From Balanoglossus misakiensis (lineage: Eukaryota > Animalia > Hemichordata), in assembly GCA_040954595.2 (NCBI GenBank), contig CM082592.2, positions 2,607,462-2,671,461 on the forward strand: 64,000 nt of DNA, written 5' to 3'. Positions 1 to 12,200 of this stretch are shown in pieces. A model generated the notes under the pieces. The model was not told the DNA's origin and made no database searches. It saw only the letters and a program-made list of their open reading frames with translations. How positions within the stretch are numbered: position 1 is the first letter of the stretch; each line of letters begins with the position of its first letter. Made by a program: the position numbers and the translations under genes.

Positions 1-490
1 TCGGATTCGGTTTCGGATTCGGGTTCGAGAGACTGAAAGTAGTTAAGCATTTTCGAGCGACCATCGCGGTTTGGCATCTGCAGTACGAGTATGAAAATAA
101 CTCTGTTAAAATATGAATATATCTGATCAAACTCTCTCGACATGTTAAGTATGATATTTTTGGCACCAAAACACTGTTTTTTCACATCGGAAATTGTTAA
201 ATACATATTTTATTATCGAAAAACATACTTCAATGATAGAAAGATAATATTTTGTAATTTTCGGTTTGAATAAACATTTTTTGGTTGAGAAAAATGTCAT
301 ACATAATAAGTACAGATTAAATCAAATTTATTCGTGTTTTAGTAAAGTAATTTTCATCCTCGTACTGCAGATGCCAAACCGCGATGGTTGCCCGAAAATG
401 CTAAACTACTTTCAGTCTCTCCAACCCGAATCCGAAACCGAATCCGAAACTGAATCCGAAACCGAATCCGAGTCTTACTTCAGTATCGTC
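1..490. mobile_element. Palindromic MITE-like element with long terminal inverted repeats containing (CCGAAW)n hexamers; left end cut by the window edge
   Basis: 1-~120 is the imperfect reverse complement of ~328-450 (tcggattcggtttcggattc...gcatctgcagtacgag vs ctcgtactgcagatgcc...gaatccgaaaccgaatccga). A further copy of the right end lies at ~1392-1472. Confidence 0.6.
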
Positions 491-1825
491 ACGTTCAAGT
501 GTGTGGCAAGAGGCACGCTGAATGAAATGTCTGCATTTGGTGTTTTCGTTCTTCCTAACTGCGATATGATTTCCATGTTCCGTATTGGCAAGCGTCGTGT
601 TGGCAGGTTTGTACTCATATTTAGTGTAACCCTATTTTATTAATTATGCATGTGGATGTGATGACAGACCCCTTGATGTGATGCACTAAGAAATTGTACA
701 TACTGGGATATAGCACAATGCTATAAATCACAGTATTTACACCTGCATAAAACTCGATTTCGATGATCACACATGCGTGTGGGCCAACAGGGTTCAGGGA
801 AATCTCTTGTAACCTCTGTCACGAATGTGTGGTTGCATTACAGAGGTCACAAAGGCTGGTACCTGAGGGCGTATCACATTAGGCAATGCAAACAAACATT
901 CTGGTAGTCACAAGACAAACACAAAGACAAAGGTGTTTTGCTTTCCATAAAATAAGGTATTTTATTTTTCATATTTCAACAGGAAAACACCATAGTGACA
1001 TATGTTAATTATTGGCCATGCACTTCTGTGTCCCTGTGGTCAAGGCAGTAAAGTTTGCCATTAATTAAAGGTAAATCTTGGGGGGATATAGCAAAGATAC
1101 AAACTTTTGCTATTTGGCTGATGTTTTTGATTATATTTAAATGTTTCTGGAAAAATTGGGCATAGGTCAATTGGCCAGGTCTTGTGATCTCATCATAAAA
1201 GTGAAAAATTGTGCATTAATTAATTAAGCAATAACCCTCGCCGCAGGCGGGTATACACGAGATTTGGGTACAATTCGTGACATATAGCGCGAGCCGTCAG
1301 GCGAGTGCTACATCGTGGTCTATATATTTTTCATGCCCGAAATGATTCTTTGACTGTATGAAAAACTATAGAAAATCAGCTGTTAATGATAAACTACTTT
1401 CAGTCTCTCGAACCCGAAACCGAATCCGAAACTGAATCCGAAACCGAATCCGAGTCTTACTTCAGTATCGTCATGATATCTTTTCTTAGCGTGGGCGCCA
1501 ACTAGAGTCCAATCGATAGCGTTTGCTTTGTTTTTATCCTAGTTCCGCCAACTTTTAAAGGCCAGGTGACCAAGGCGGCCAGGTGACCAAGATGTGAGCG
1601 AGGGGAGAACAGCCCAGTTCCATTGCAGCTCCAGCTCCACTCCGCTCCAACTCCACTCGCGCACAGGCGATCGTTTAATTTTCCTGAATGATCGTGCGCA
1701 ACTCCGTGCAAACACTTCCAAATGCTGCCACGACGATCATATGTTTCATGTCTCGGTATGCAGTATACATTAAATATTGTGATTTGCATTCACTTGTACT
1801 TTCCCTCAAACATTCCGTGTTTGCG

Positions 1826-2837
1826 TAATCGTCACAAGCTGTGACAAATCACCGTCTGTTTTCGATGTGCGCCTGTAATGTATATAAACAGTGTTCTCAA
1901 ACATCTATGGAAGATGAAAGACATTTCGAATTTTGTTTTTCACTCGAATTCACAAAAATCGTGACGTAAAATTGATGGGAGGGTATATCAGAGAATACTG
2001 TATGACATAATTCACTGTCCTTCAGCTGTCAATGAAAAGCCGAGAACGATCAGCCACATGTTTTTTTTATCCCATGACATTATTATGGGGTGAGAGCCTG
2101 TTCAACAATGGGGGAACAAATCCATTTCAGCATGTGTTTGTGACGTGTCGTGTTGAGAGAATAAATGATCCGCGACTATAGTTTTTCAAATTGTTATTTG
2201 CGTGATCGTCACAAGCTGTGACAAATCACCGTCTGTTTTCGATGTGCGTCTGTTATGTATATAAACAGTGTTCTCAAACATCTATGGAAGATGAAAGACA
2301 TTTTTTCCCTCGAATTCACAAAAATCGTGACGTAAAATTGATGGGAGGGTATATCAGATTTTATAACACACCATGCAGCGAACCCTCGATCGTGATTCGT
2401 CAATACGACGTCACGTGACCTTAGTCATTTCGAACTGTTCCCTAGGGCATCAGTTCGATCGGTTTGGTGTGTTTATAAAACACATGATGACTGACATATT
2501 CGGGCAACAGTGTATTTTTGATGACCTCGGGACTGCCAGTCACACCAAAACAGTCTGTTTTAGTTGTGACTAGCAGGCCATCGGTCATCAGAATACACTG
2601 TTGCCCTCATTGTCAGTCATCATGTGTATAATGACATATGACAGAATTCACTGTCCTTCAGCTGTCAATGAAAAGCCCGGCCATAGAGATGAACGATCAG
2701 CCACATGTGTTTTTATCCCCTGACATAATATTATGAGGCCAGAGCCTGTTCAACAATGGTGGTACAAATCCATTGCAGCATGTGTTTGTGACGTGACGTG
2801 TTGAGAGAATAAAATACTCGCGACTATAGTTTTTCAA
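1826..2837. repeat. Local tandem duplication (~360 bp) whose second copy is interrupted by a hairpin element
   Basis: ~1826-1992 recurs at ~2204-2356 and ~2002-2188 recurs at ~2632-2837. The insert 2357-2631 contains an imperfect inverted repeat (acacatgatgactgaca...gggcaacagtgtatt / aatacactgttgccc...tgtcagtcatcatgtgt). Confidence 0.6.
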
Positions 2838-3248
2838 GTTTTTGAGCATCGGCGTTAACCTGTAACGGTTCCACCGTCATTGTTGCGCGGAATCTCACTT
2901 TGGTTTCAAAAATTATCGATCTTTCCCCCGTTCGTTCACTGGTGCAATACAACGGATGTTCCTTCAAAGCTCTAGAGGCCTATTTGCTGTAACTTTGGAC
3001 TGTTTTTGCAGTATTTCTTCCCTTTGCATCGACTGCAGTTTCTTATCTGAGGCCTCAAAACACGACGAAACGCTCAGCAGTTTCAATTTACAGCCTCTAC
3101 GTGCAGATTCAGCACTCTTATTGGTGAAACTCAATTCAAGCCCGGACTATTATTAACTTGTAAACAACAGTGTAACTGCAAAACATTCACTTTGTCCTTC
3201 ATTGTCACCCTTCTTCTTTTTCATGATATCCAGGACATTGATCGGAGG

Positions 3249-6200
3249 ATGATGATACTGGCATTCGTCAGCCTGTCACTCCTGGTGTCTCCATCATTTA
3301 CACAGGAGCCAGGTAAGGCAGTATTCTCAATTTTTATTTTTATTTTTATTTTGAATCGTGTGTTTATTTTTTACGTAAATATTTCCTTTATGGACACTTG
3401 ATATTCGAGAATTCGCTCAATTAAAACGCAAACACGTCTAACCAATTCATTCTGCTCTCTGACAACGGAAATATGCAAAGCTTGAAATGCTTTGTATAAT
3501 AAGTGGATTTTATAGGAGAGAATGGGGTCATTGAACAACGTCTTGCCGATCCCATTTGCTATTTATTCTGTTCTAACTCGAAGATTTAAACGAGCTCGAG
3601 AAAAAGTGAACACAAAATTCAAACGGTCGTTGCTAAATACACAGGATCGTGCCTTGAAAATCCTTGTTTTTATGGAGCGACTTGCACCGACAACGCCGAT
3701 GGTGGATTCACGTATCATAAGATAAATGTGTGTTTTTTATGTTTTGGTTAACAGTTTTCTATTCAACAATGTTCTGAAATTATATGTACACATAGCATAA
3801 AACACAAATGTTTTTCAAGTATACAAGATGTCAGAATAACGCACATTTGCATTTGCTGTGTATTGTATAGTTGTCCATACCATGTTTATGCATTTTTGGT
3901 CACGTGTCTCGACTGCTTTGAAGTGACCTCGAATTTTCCACCACCCCCCCCCCCCACACACACACACACCTGACTATACATAAAAGTGAACATGTTTACA
4001 ATGGCCTTTCCTACAATTTACAATAGTTGCTGCAACATGTACCTACGAGGGAACATCGTATAAGGAAGGCATGACGAGGCCACAGGACTGCAATACTTGG
4101 TAACAGAGAGAGAGAGAGCGAGAGAGAGAGGGGGGAGGGAGGGAGGGGGAGAGAGAGAGAGAGAAAGAGAGGGAGGGAGGGAGAGAGAGAGAGAGAGAGA
4201 ATGAGGAGAGAGTAGAGAGAGAGAGAGAGTGAGAGAGAGAGAGAGAATGAGGAGAGAGGGGGGAGAGAGAGTGAGAGAGAGAGAGAGAATGAGGAGAGAG
4301 AGAGGGGGGGAGAGAGAGAGAGAATGAGGAGAGAGAGAGAGAGAGAGGGGAGAGAGAGAGAGAATGAGGAGAGAGAGAGAGAGGGGAGAGAGAGTGAGAG
4401 GGGGAGAGAGAGAGAGAGAGTGAGAGAGAGAGAGGGGGAGAGAGAGAGAGAGAGTGAGAGAGAGAGATACAGAGAGAGAGAGTGAGAGAGAGAGGGGGAG
4501 AGAGAGAGAGAGGGAGAGGGGGGACACAGAGAGAGAAAGAGAGAGCGAGAGACTGAGAGAGGGGGAGGGAGGGAGGGAGAGGGTGAGAGAGAGAGAGAGC
4601 GAGAGTAGAGAGAGAGGGGGGGTGAGAGAGAGAGAGAGAGAGAGTTTAAAGAGAGAGAGAGAGAGAGAGGGGGGAGAGAGAGAGAGAGTAGACAGAGAGA
4701 GAGTAGACAGAGAGAGGGGGGAGGGAGAGAGAGAGAGAGAGATATAGAGAGGGTGAGAGAGCGAGCGAGAGAGTAGACAGAGAGAGAGGGGGGAGGGAGA
4801 GAGAGAGAGCGAGAGATAGAGAGAGAGAGAGTGAGAGAGATAGCGAGAGGGTGAGAGAGAGAGAGAGAGAGTTTCGATGGATGCCGTTTCGTAATAATCT
4901 ATGTTGTGTTCACATTGTCTTATTTCTGTCCAAAAATAACAACCTGTTCTGTTTAAGTACGTGCCAACAAGGTAACTGGACGTGCAGCACGATGCCATGC
5001 CCTGAAGGTAATTATTGTTGTCAACGTCTCTCTCATTTTGCATTTGTTAAATTCTTATTTTGATATAATTGGTTGCTGTTTTGCCGCGGCACCGAAGAAT
5101 AACGGGATACATAATTTTGAATTCTAAGAAACGGACAGAGACCCATATGCTAGGAGAGAAACATGTACACCGTTTGAAATGAAAAGTTGGTTGTAATGCG
5201 ACGGACAAACTCAGATCCCAGTAGACATTTGCTGTCGGTTCCCTGCGAGAGACGCACTGCCGTGCCGATGGCCACGTAGCTTAGTTTTTTTTAATCAAAA
5301 TATGCAGCTTTGATATTATTTTGGGGTGTCATCATGACAAGTTTTTGTTTATTTCTGACGCAGAAAACTGCTACCATGGTGAAGTATTATACCCAAACGG
5401 CGGCACTAGGCAAGAAGATTGCAATACCTGGTAAGTCCTGGAGGTTCTGATAACCATGGAGACCGTGCTGTTTAATTCCGCCTTCTTTACTACTACCGTC
5501 TTCTCAGTAAATTCTTTTACCTTTAGTTTGAACACCTGATACCTCATTAGATCCAGAAATGTGTTATGAGAGAGAGAGAGGGGGAGAGAGAGAGAGAGAG
5601 GGGGGGGAGAGTGTGAGAGAGAGAGCGACAGGGGGGTGAGAGAGAGAGAGGGAGAGAGGGGGGAGAGAGAGAGAGAGAGAGGTGGGGGAGAGAGAGAGTG
5701 TGAGAGAGAGAGCGAGAGGGGGGGGTGAGAGAGAGAGAGGGAGAGAGAGGGAGAGAGAGGGGAGAGAGAGAGAGAGAGAGAGAGGTGGGGGAGAGAGAGA
5801 GTGTGAGAGAGAGCGAGAGGGGGGTGAGAGAGAGAGAGAGAGGGGGGGGAGAGAGAGGGGGGGAGAGAGAGGGGTGGGGGAGAGTGTGAGAGAGAGAGCG
5901 AGAAGGGGGGTGGGAGAGAGAGAGAGAGAGAGAGAGGGGGAGAGAGAGAGAGTGAGAGAGGTGGGGGAGAGAGAGAGTGTGAGAGAGAGAGCGAGAGGGG
6001 GGGTGAGAGAGAGAGAGACAGAGAGAGAGAGAGGTGGGGGGAGAGAGAGAGAGGGAGAGAGACAGAGAGAGAGAGAGTGAAAGTGAGAGAGAGAGAGGGG
6101 GGAGGAGAGAGAGAGCGAGAGATAGAGAGAGAGAGAGTGAGAGAGATAGCGAGAGGGTGAGAGAGAGAGAGAGAGAGTTTCGATGGATGCCGTTTCGTAA

Positions 6201-9200
6201 TAATCTATGTTGTGTTCACATTGTCTTATTTCTGTCCAAAAATAACAACCTGTTCTGTTTAAGTACGTGCCAACAAGGTAACTGGACGTGCAGCACGATG
6301 CCATGCCCTGAAGGTAATTATTGTTGTCAACGTCTCTCTCATTTTGCATTTGTTAAATTCTTATTTTGATATAATTGGTTGCTGTTTTGCCGCGGCACCG
6401 AAGAATAACGGGATACATAATTTTGAATTCTAAGAAACGGACAGAGACCCATATGCTAGGAGAGAAACATGTACACCGTTTGAAATGAAAAGTTGGTTGT
6501 AATGCGACGGACAAACTCAGATCCCAGTAGACATTTGCTGTCGGTTCCCTGCGAGAGACGCACTGCCGTGCCGATGGCCACGTAGCTTAGTTTTTTTTAA
6601 TCAAAATATGCAGCTTTGATATTATTTTGGGGTGTCATCATGACAAGTTTTTGTTTATTTCTGACGCAGAAAACTGCTACCATGGTGAAGTATTATACCC
6701 AAACGGCGGCACTAGGCAAGAAGATTGCAATACCTGGTAAGTCCTGGAGGTTCTGATAACCATGGAGACCGTGCTGTTTAATTCCGCCTTCTTTACTACT
6801 ACCGTCTTCTCAGTAAATTCTTTTACCTTTAGTTTGAACACCTGATACCTCATTAGATCCAGAAATGTGTTATGAGAGAGAGAGGGGGGAGAGAGAGAGA
6901 GAGAGGGGGGGGAGAGTGTGAGAGAGAGAGCGAGAGGGGGGTGAGAGAGAGAGAGGGGGGGGGGAGAGAGAGAGAGAGAGAGAGGTGGGGGAGAGAGAGA
7001 GTGTGAGAGAGAGAGCGAGAGGGGGGTGAGAGAGAGAGAGGGAGAGAGAGGGGAGAGAGAGAGAGAGGGGGGGGGAGAGAGAGAGTGTGAGAGAGAGCGA
7101 GAGGGGGGTGAGAGAGAGAGAGAGAGAGAGGGGGGAGAGAGAGGGGTGGGGGGAGAGTGTGAGAGAGAGAGCGAGAAGGGGGGTGGGAGAGAGAGAGAGA
7201 GGGGGAGAGTGAGAGAGGTGGGGGAGAGAGAGAGTGTGAGAGAGAGAGCGAGAGGGGGGGTGAGAGAGAGAGAGAGAGAGGGAGAGAGACAGAGAGAGAG
7301 AGAGTGAAAGTGAGAGAGAGAGGGGGGAGGAGAGAGAGAGTGCGAGAGCGAGAAGGGGGTGAGAGAGAGAGAGAGAGAGAGGGGGGAGAGAGGGGGAGAG
7401 AGAGAGAGAGAGGTGGGGGAGAGAGAGACAGAGAGAGAGAGAGGTGGGGGGAGAGAGAGAGAGGGAGAGAGACAGAGAGAGAGAGAGTGAAAGTGAGAGA
7501 GAGAGGGGGGAGGAGAGAGAGAGTGTGAGAGAGAGAGCGAGAGGGGGGTGAGAGAGAGAGGGGGGGAGGGAGAGAGGGGAGAGAGAGAGAGAGAGGTGGG
7601 GGAGAGAGAGGGAGAGAGAGAGAGAGAGAGTGAAAGTGAGAGAGGGGGGAGGACAGAGAGAGTGTGAGAGAGAGAGCGAGAGGGGGTGAGAGAGAGGGGG
7701 AGAGAGAGAGAGAGGGGGGAGAGAGAGAGAGAGAGGGGGGGGGAGGAGAGAGAGAGAGAGTGAAAGTGAGAGAGAGAGAGGGGGGAGGAGAGAGAGAGTG
7801 TGTGAGAGAGAGCGAGAGGGGGGTGAGAGAGGGGAGAGAGAGAGGGGGGAGAGAGGTGGGGAGTGAGAGAGAGGGGGGAGAGAGAGAGAGAGGGGAGAGA
7901 GAGAGAGAGGGGGAGAGAGAGAGAGAGAGAGGTGGGGAGAGAGAGAGGAGAGAGGGGGGGAGAGAGAGAGAGAGAGAGGGGTGGGGGAGAGAGAGAAAGA
8001 GAGAGGGGAGGGAGAGAGAGCGAGAGAGAGAGTGAAAGTGAGAGAGAGAGGGGGAGGAGAGAGAGTGTGTGAGAGAGAGAGCGAGAGGGGGGTGAGAGAG
8101 AGAGGGGAGAGAGAGAGAGAGGTGGGGAGAGAGAGAGAGGGGGAGAGAGAGGGTGGGGAGAGAGAGAGAGAGGGGGGAGAGAGAGAGCGAGAGAGAGAGG
8201 TGGGGGGAGAGAGAGAGAGAGAGGAGAGAGAGGGGGGGGAGAGAGAGGGGAGAGAGAGAGAGAGAGAGAGAGAGAGGGGGAGAGAGAGAGTGAGTGAGAG
8301 AGAGAGAGAGAGAGAGAGGTGGGGGAGAGAGTGAGAGAGAGAGAGTGTTTCGATGGATGCCGTTTCGTAATAATCTGTGTTGTGTTCACATTGTTTTATT
8401 TCTGTCCAAAAATAACAACATGTTCTGTTTTAGTACGTGCCAACAAGGTAACTGGACGTGCAGCACGATGCCATGCCCTGAAGGTAATTATTGTTGTCAA
8501 CGTCTCTCTCATTTTGCATTTGTTAAATTCTTATTTTGATATAATTGGTTGCTGTTTTGCCGCGGCACCGAAGAATAACGGGATACATAATTTTGAATTC
8601 TAAGAAACGGACAGAGACCCATATGCTAGGAGAGAAACATGTACACCGTTTGAAATGAAAAGTTGGTTGTAATGCGACGGACAAACTCAGATCCCAGTAG
8701 ACATTTGCTGTCGGTTCCCTGCGAGAGACGCACTGCCGTGCCGATGGCCACGTAGCTTAGTTTTTTTTAATCAAAATATGCAGCTTTGATATTATTTTGG
8801 GGTGTCATCATGACAAGTTTTTGTTTATTTCTGACGCAGAAAACTGCTACCATGGTGAAGTATTATACCCAAACGGCGGCACTAGGCAAGAAGATTGCAA
8901 TACCTGGTAAGTCCTGGAGGTTCTGATAACCATGGAGACCGTGCTGTTTAATTCCGCCTTCTTTACTACTACCGTCTTCTCAGTAAATTCTTTTACCTTT
9001 AGTTTGAACACCTGATACCTCATTAGATCCAGAAATGTGTTATGAGAGAGAGAGGGGGGAGAGAGAGAGAGAGAGGGGGGGGAGAGTGTGAGAGAGAGAG
9101 CGAGAGGGGGGTGAGAGAGAGAGAGGGGGGGGGGGAGAGAGAGAGAGAGAGAGAGGTGGGGGAGAGAGAGAGTGTGAGAGAGAGAGCGAGAGGGGGGTGA

Positions 9201-12200
9201 GAGAGAGAGAGGGAGAGAGAGGGGAGAGAGAGAGAGAGGGGGGGGGGAGAGAGAGAGTGTGAGAGAGAGCGAGAGGGGGGTGAGAGAGAGAGAGAGAGAG
9301 AGGGGGGAGAGAGAGGGGTGGGGGAGAGTGTGAGAGAGAGAGCGAGAAGGGGGGTGGGAGAGAGAGAGAGAGGGGGAGAGTGAGAGAGGTGGGGGAGAGA
9401 GAGAGTGTGAGAGAGAGAGCGAGAGGGGGGGTGAGAGAGAGAGAGAGAGAGGGAGAGAGACAGAGAGAGAGAGAGTGAAAGTGAGAGAGAGAGGGGGGAG
9501 GAGAGAGAGAGTGCGAGAGCGAGAAGGGGGGTGAGAGAGAGAGAGAGAGAGAGAGGGGGGAGAGAGGGGGAGAGAGAGAGAGAGAGGTGGGGGAGAGAGA
9601 GACAGAGAGAGAGAGAGGTGGGGGGAGAGAGAGAGAGGGAGAGAGACAGAGAGAGAGAGAGTGAAAGTGAGAGAGAGAGGGGGGAGGAGAGAGAGAGTGT
9701 GAGAGAGAGAGCGAGAGGGGGTGAGAGAGAGAGGGGGGGAGGGAGAGAGGGGAGAGAGAGAGAGAGAGGTGGGGGAGAGAGAGGGAGAGAGAGAGAGAGA
9801 GAGTGAAAGTGAGAGAGGGGGGAGGACAGAGAGAGTGTGAGAGAGAGAGCGAGAGGGGGGTGAGAGAGAGGGGGAGAGAGAGAGAGAGGGGGAGAGAGAG
9901 AGAGAGGGGGGGGAGGGAGAGAGAGAGAGAGTGAAAGTGAGAGAGAGAGAGGGGGGAGGAGAGAGAGAGTGTGTGAGAGAGAGCGAGAGGGGGGTGAGAG
10001 AGGGGAGAGAGAGAGGGGGGAGAGAGGTGGGGAGTGAGAGAGAGGGGGAGAGAGAGAGAGAGAGGGAGAGAGAGAGAGAGGGGGAGAGAGAGAGAGAGAG
10101 AGAGGTGGGGAGAGAGAGAGAGAGAGAGGGGGGAGAGAGAGAGAGAGAGAGGGGTGGGGGAGAGAGAGAAAGAGAGAGGGGAGGGAGAGAGAGCGAGAGA
10201 GAGAGTGAAAGTGAGAGAGAGAGAGGGGGAGGAGAGAGAGTGTGTGAGAGAGAGAGGCGAGAGGGGGGTGAGAGAGAGAGGGGGAGAGAGAGAGAGAGGT
10301 GGGGAGAGAGAGAGAGGGGGAGAGAGAGGGGTGGGGAGAGAGAGAGAGAGGGGGGAGAGAGAGAGCGAGAGAGAGAGGTGGGGGGAGAGAGAGAGAGAGA
10401 GGGAGAGAGAGGGGGGGGAGAGAGAGGGGGAGAGAGAGAGAGAGAGAGAGAGAGGGGGGAGAGAGAGAGTGAGTGAGAGAGAGAGAGAGAGAGAGAGGTG
10501 GGGGGAGAGAGAGTGAGAGAGAGAGAGTTTCGATGGATGCCGTTTCGTAATAATCTGTGTTGTGTTCACATTGTTTTATTTCTGTCCAAAAATAACAACA
10601 TGTTCTGTTTTAGTACGTGCCAACAAGGTAACTGGACGTGCAGCACGATGCCATGCCCTGAAGGTAATTATTGTTGTCAACGTCTCTCTCATTTTGCATT
10701 TGTTAAATTCTTATTTTGATATAATTGGTTGCTGTTTTGCCGCGGCACCGAAGAATAACGGGATACATAATTTTGAATTCTAAGAAACGGACAGAGACCC
10801 ATATGCTAGGAGAGAAACATGTACACCGTTTGAAATGAAAAGTTGGTTGTAATGCGACGGACAAACTCAGATCCCAGTAGACATTTGATGTCGGTTCCCT
10901 GCGAGAGACGTGCTGCCGTGCCGATGGCCACGTAGCTTAGTTTTTTTAATCAAAATATGCAGCTTTGATATTATTTTGGGGTGTCATCATGACAAGTTTT
11001 TGTTTATTTCTGACGCAGAAAACTGCTACCATGGTGATGTATTATACCCAAACGGCGGCACTAGGCAAGAATATTGCAATACCTGGTAAGTCCTGCAGGT
11101 TCTGATAACCATGGAGACCATGCTGTTTAATTCCGCCATCCTTTCTACCGCCGTCTTCTCAGTAAATTCTTTTACCTTTAGTTTGAACACCAAAACAGAT
11201 GAGACTCTTTTATGAAGGATAAGCTTATCTGTAATTTTGATGCGGATCATTATTTAGCGTTTATCATATTAACTTATGATATAGCAGGGTCAGCAAGGTA
11301 TTTTGACACTCGTCTATTTGCAGACGATACCAGTCTATTTCATACATTTAATTCAAGAAATATAATAGATCTCTCAGAAGTAAATTCACAATTGAAAAAT
11401 GTTATAAACTGGTGTGATGCCAACAAATTAACTGTACACTCAAAGAAAAGTGAATATGTTATTTTTAGAGGTAAGAACGTGTCAGTAGAGACAACAGGAG
11501 AAATTGATGTTAAAGGGGTAACAATAGACGAAGTACAAACAACTAAGTATATCGGTGTAGAAATAGACAATAAGTTAACATGGAAACATCACATTAGAAA
11601 TGTAAACAGAACGATTAGTATGAAGACTGGTATTCTTTATAGGTTAAGGGATGTTGTCCCACGACATATTCTTATACTATTGTACAATTGTTTTATCCTC
11701 CCACACATTTCCTATGCTATAGAAACTTGGGGAAATACTTATTTATCTTTTTTGAGGCCAATACTTCTTACACAGAAAAGAATTGTACGTGTATTGGCGG
11801 GATCAGACCGTCTTGCACACTCTTCACCATTGTTTAATGAGTTACATATTTTGAATGTATACAAGCAACGTGATCTTCAACTGTCCTTGTTTGTTCATGA
11901 TGCTCTTAATGGCAAGCTTCCACCAGGATTCTCAGAGTATTTCGTTCCTATTCAACACTCTTATCATACCAGATCAAAAGATATAGGCGATCTTCTTATT
12001 CCGAAATATAACAGTAATGCTGGCCAACATTCCATAAAGTACACTGCAGCAAAGGTTTGGAATAAACTTCCTGAAAATATGCGCTCAACAAGGTCAACAT
12101 TTTCATTTAAGAAACATATGAAATCCTTGTTAGGAAAAGTATAGTTTGACTTTTATTTTTTCCTTTTGTATGTATTACTAACTGTTCACCATGAGGGGGT

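Larger units (their letters stand above)
4872..11190 (+). repeat. Tandem array of 1.3-2.2 kb units (two half-exons plus a GA tract)
   Basis: An essentially identical non-repetitive ~660 bp block recurs at ~4872, ~6178, ~8347 and ~10528; exon-to-exon periods are 1306, 2170 and 2180 bp. Confidence 0.9.

Noticed and set aside
266-643. 125-aa ORF with ESETESET repeats
   Set aside because: It arises from the hexamer repeats in the MITE terminal inverted repeat and has no other coding signal.
4018-10569. Long ORFs of 130-570 aa (Ser/Leu/Pro-rich on -, Glu/Arg/Gly-rich on +)
   Set aside because: They are translations of stop-free (GA)n/(TC)n tracts inside introns; the real exons are the 50-73 nt Cys-rich segments flanking them.
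11212-11275. Apparent N-terminus (MKDKLICNF...) of the 310-aa RT ORF
   Set aside because: This is host intron sequence also present at the empty sites; the LINE starts after the TSD at 11276 and is 5'-truncated, not an autonomous or domesticated gene.
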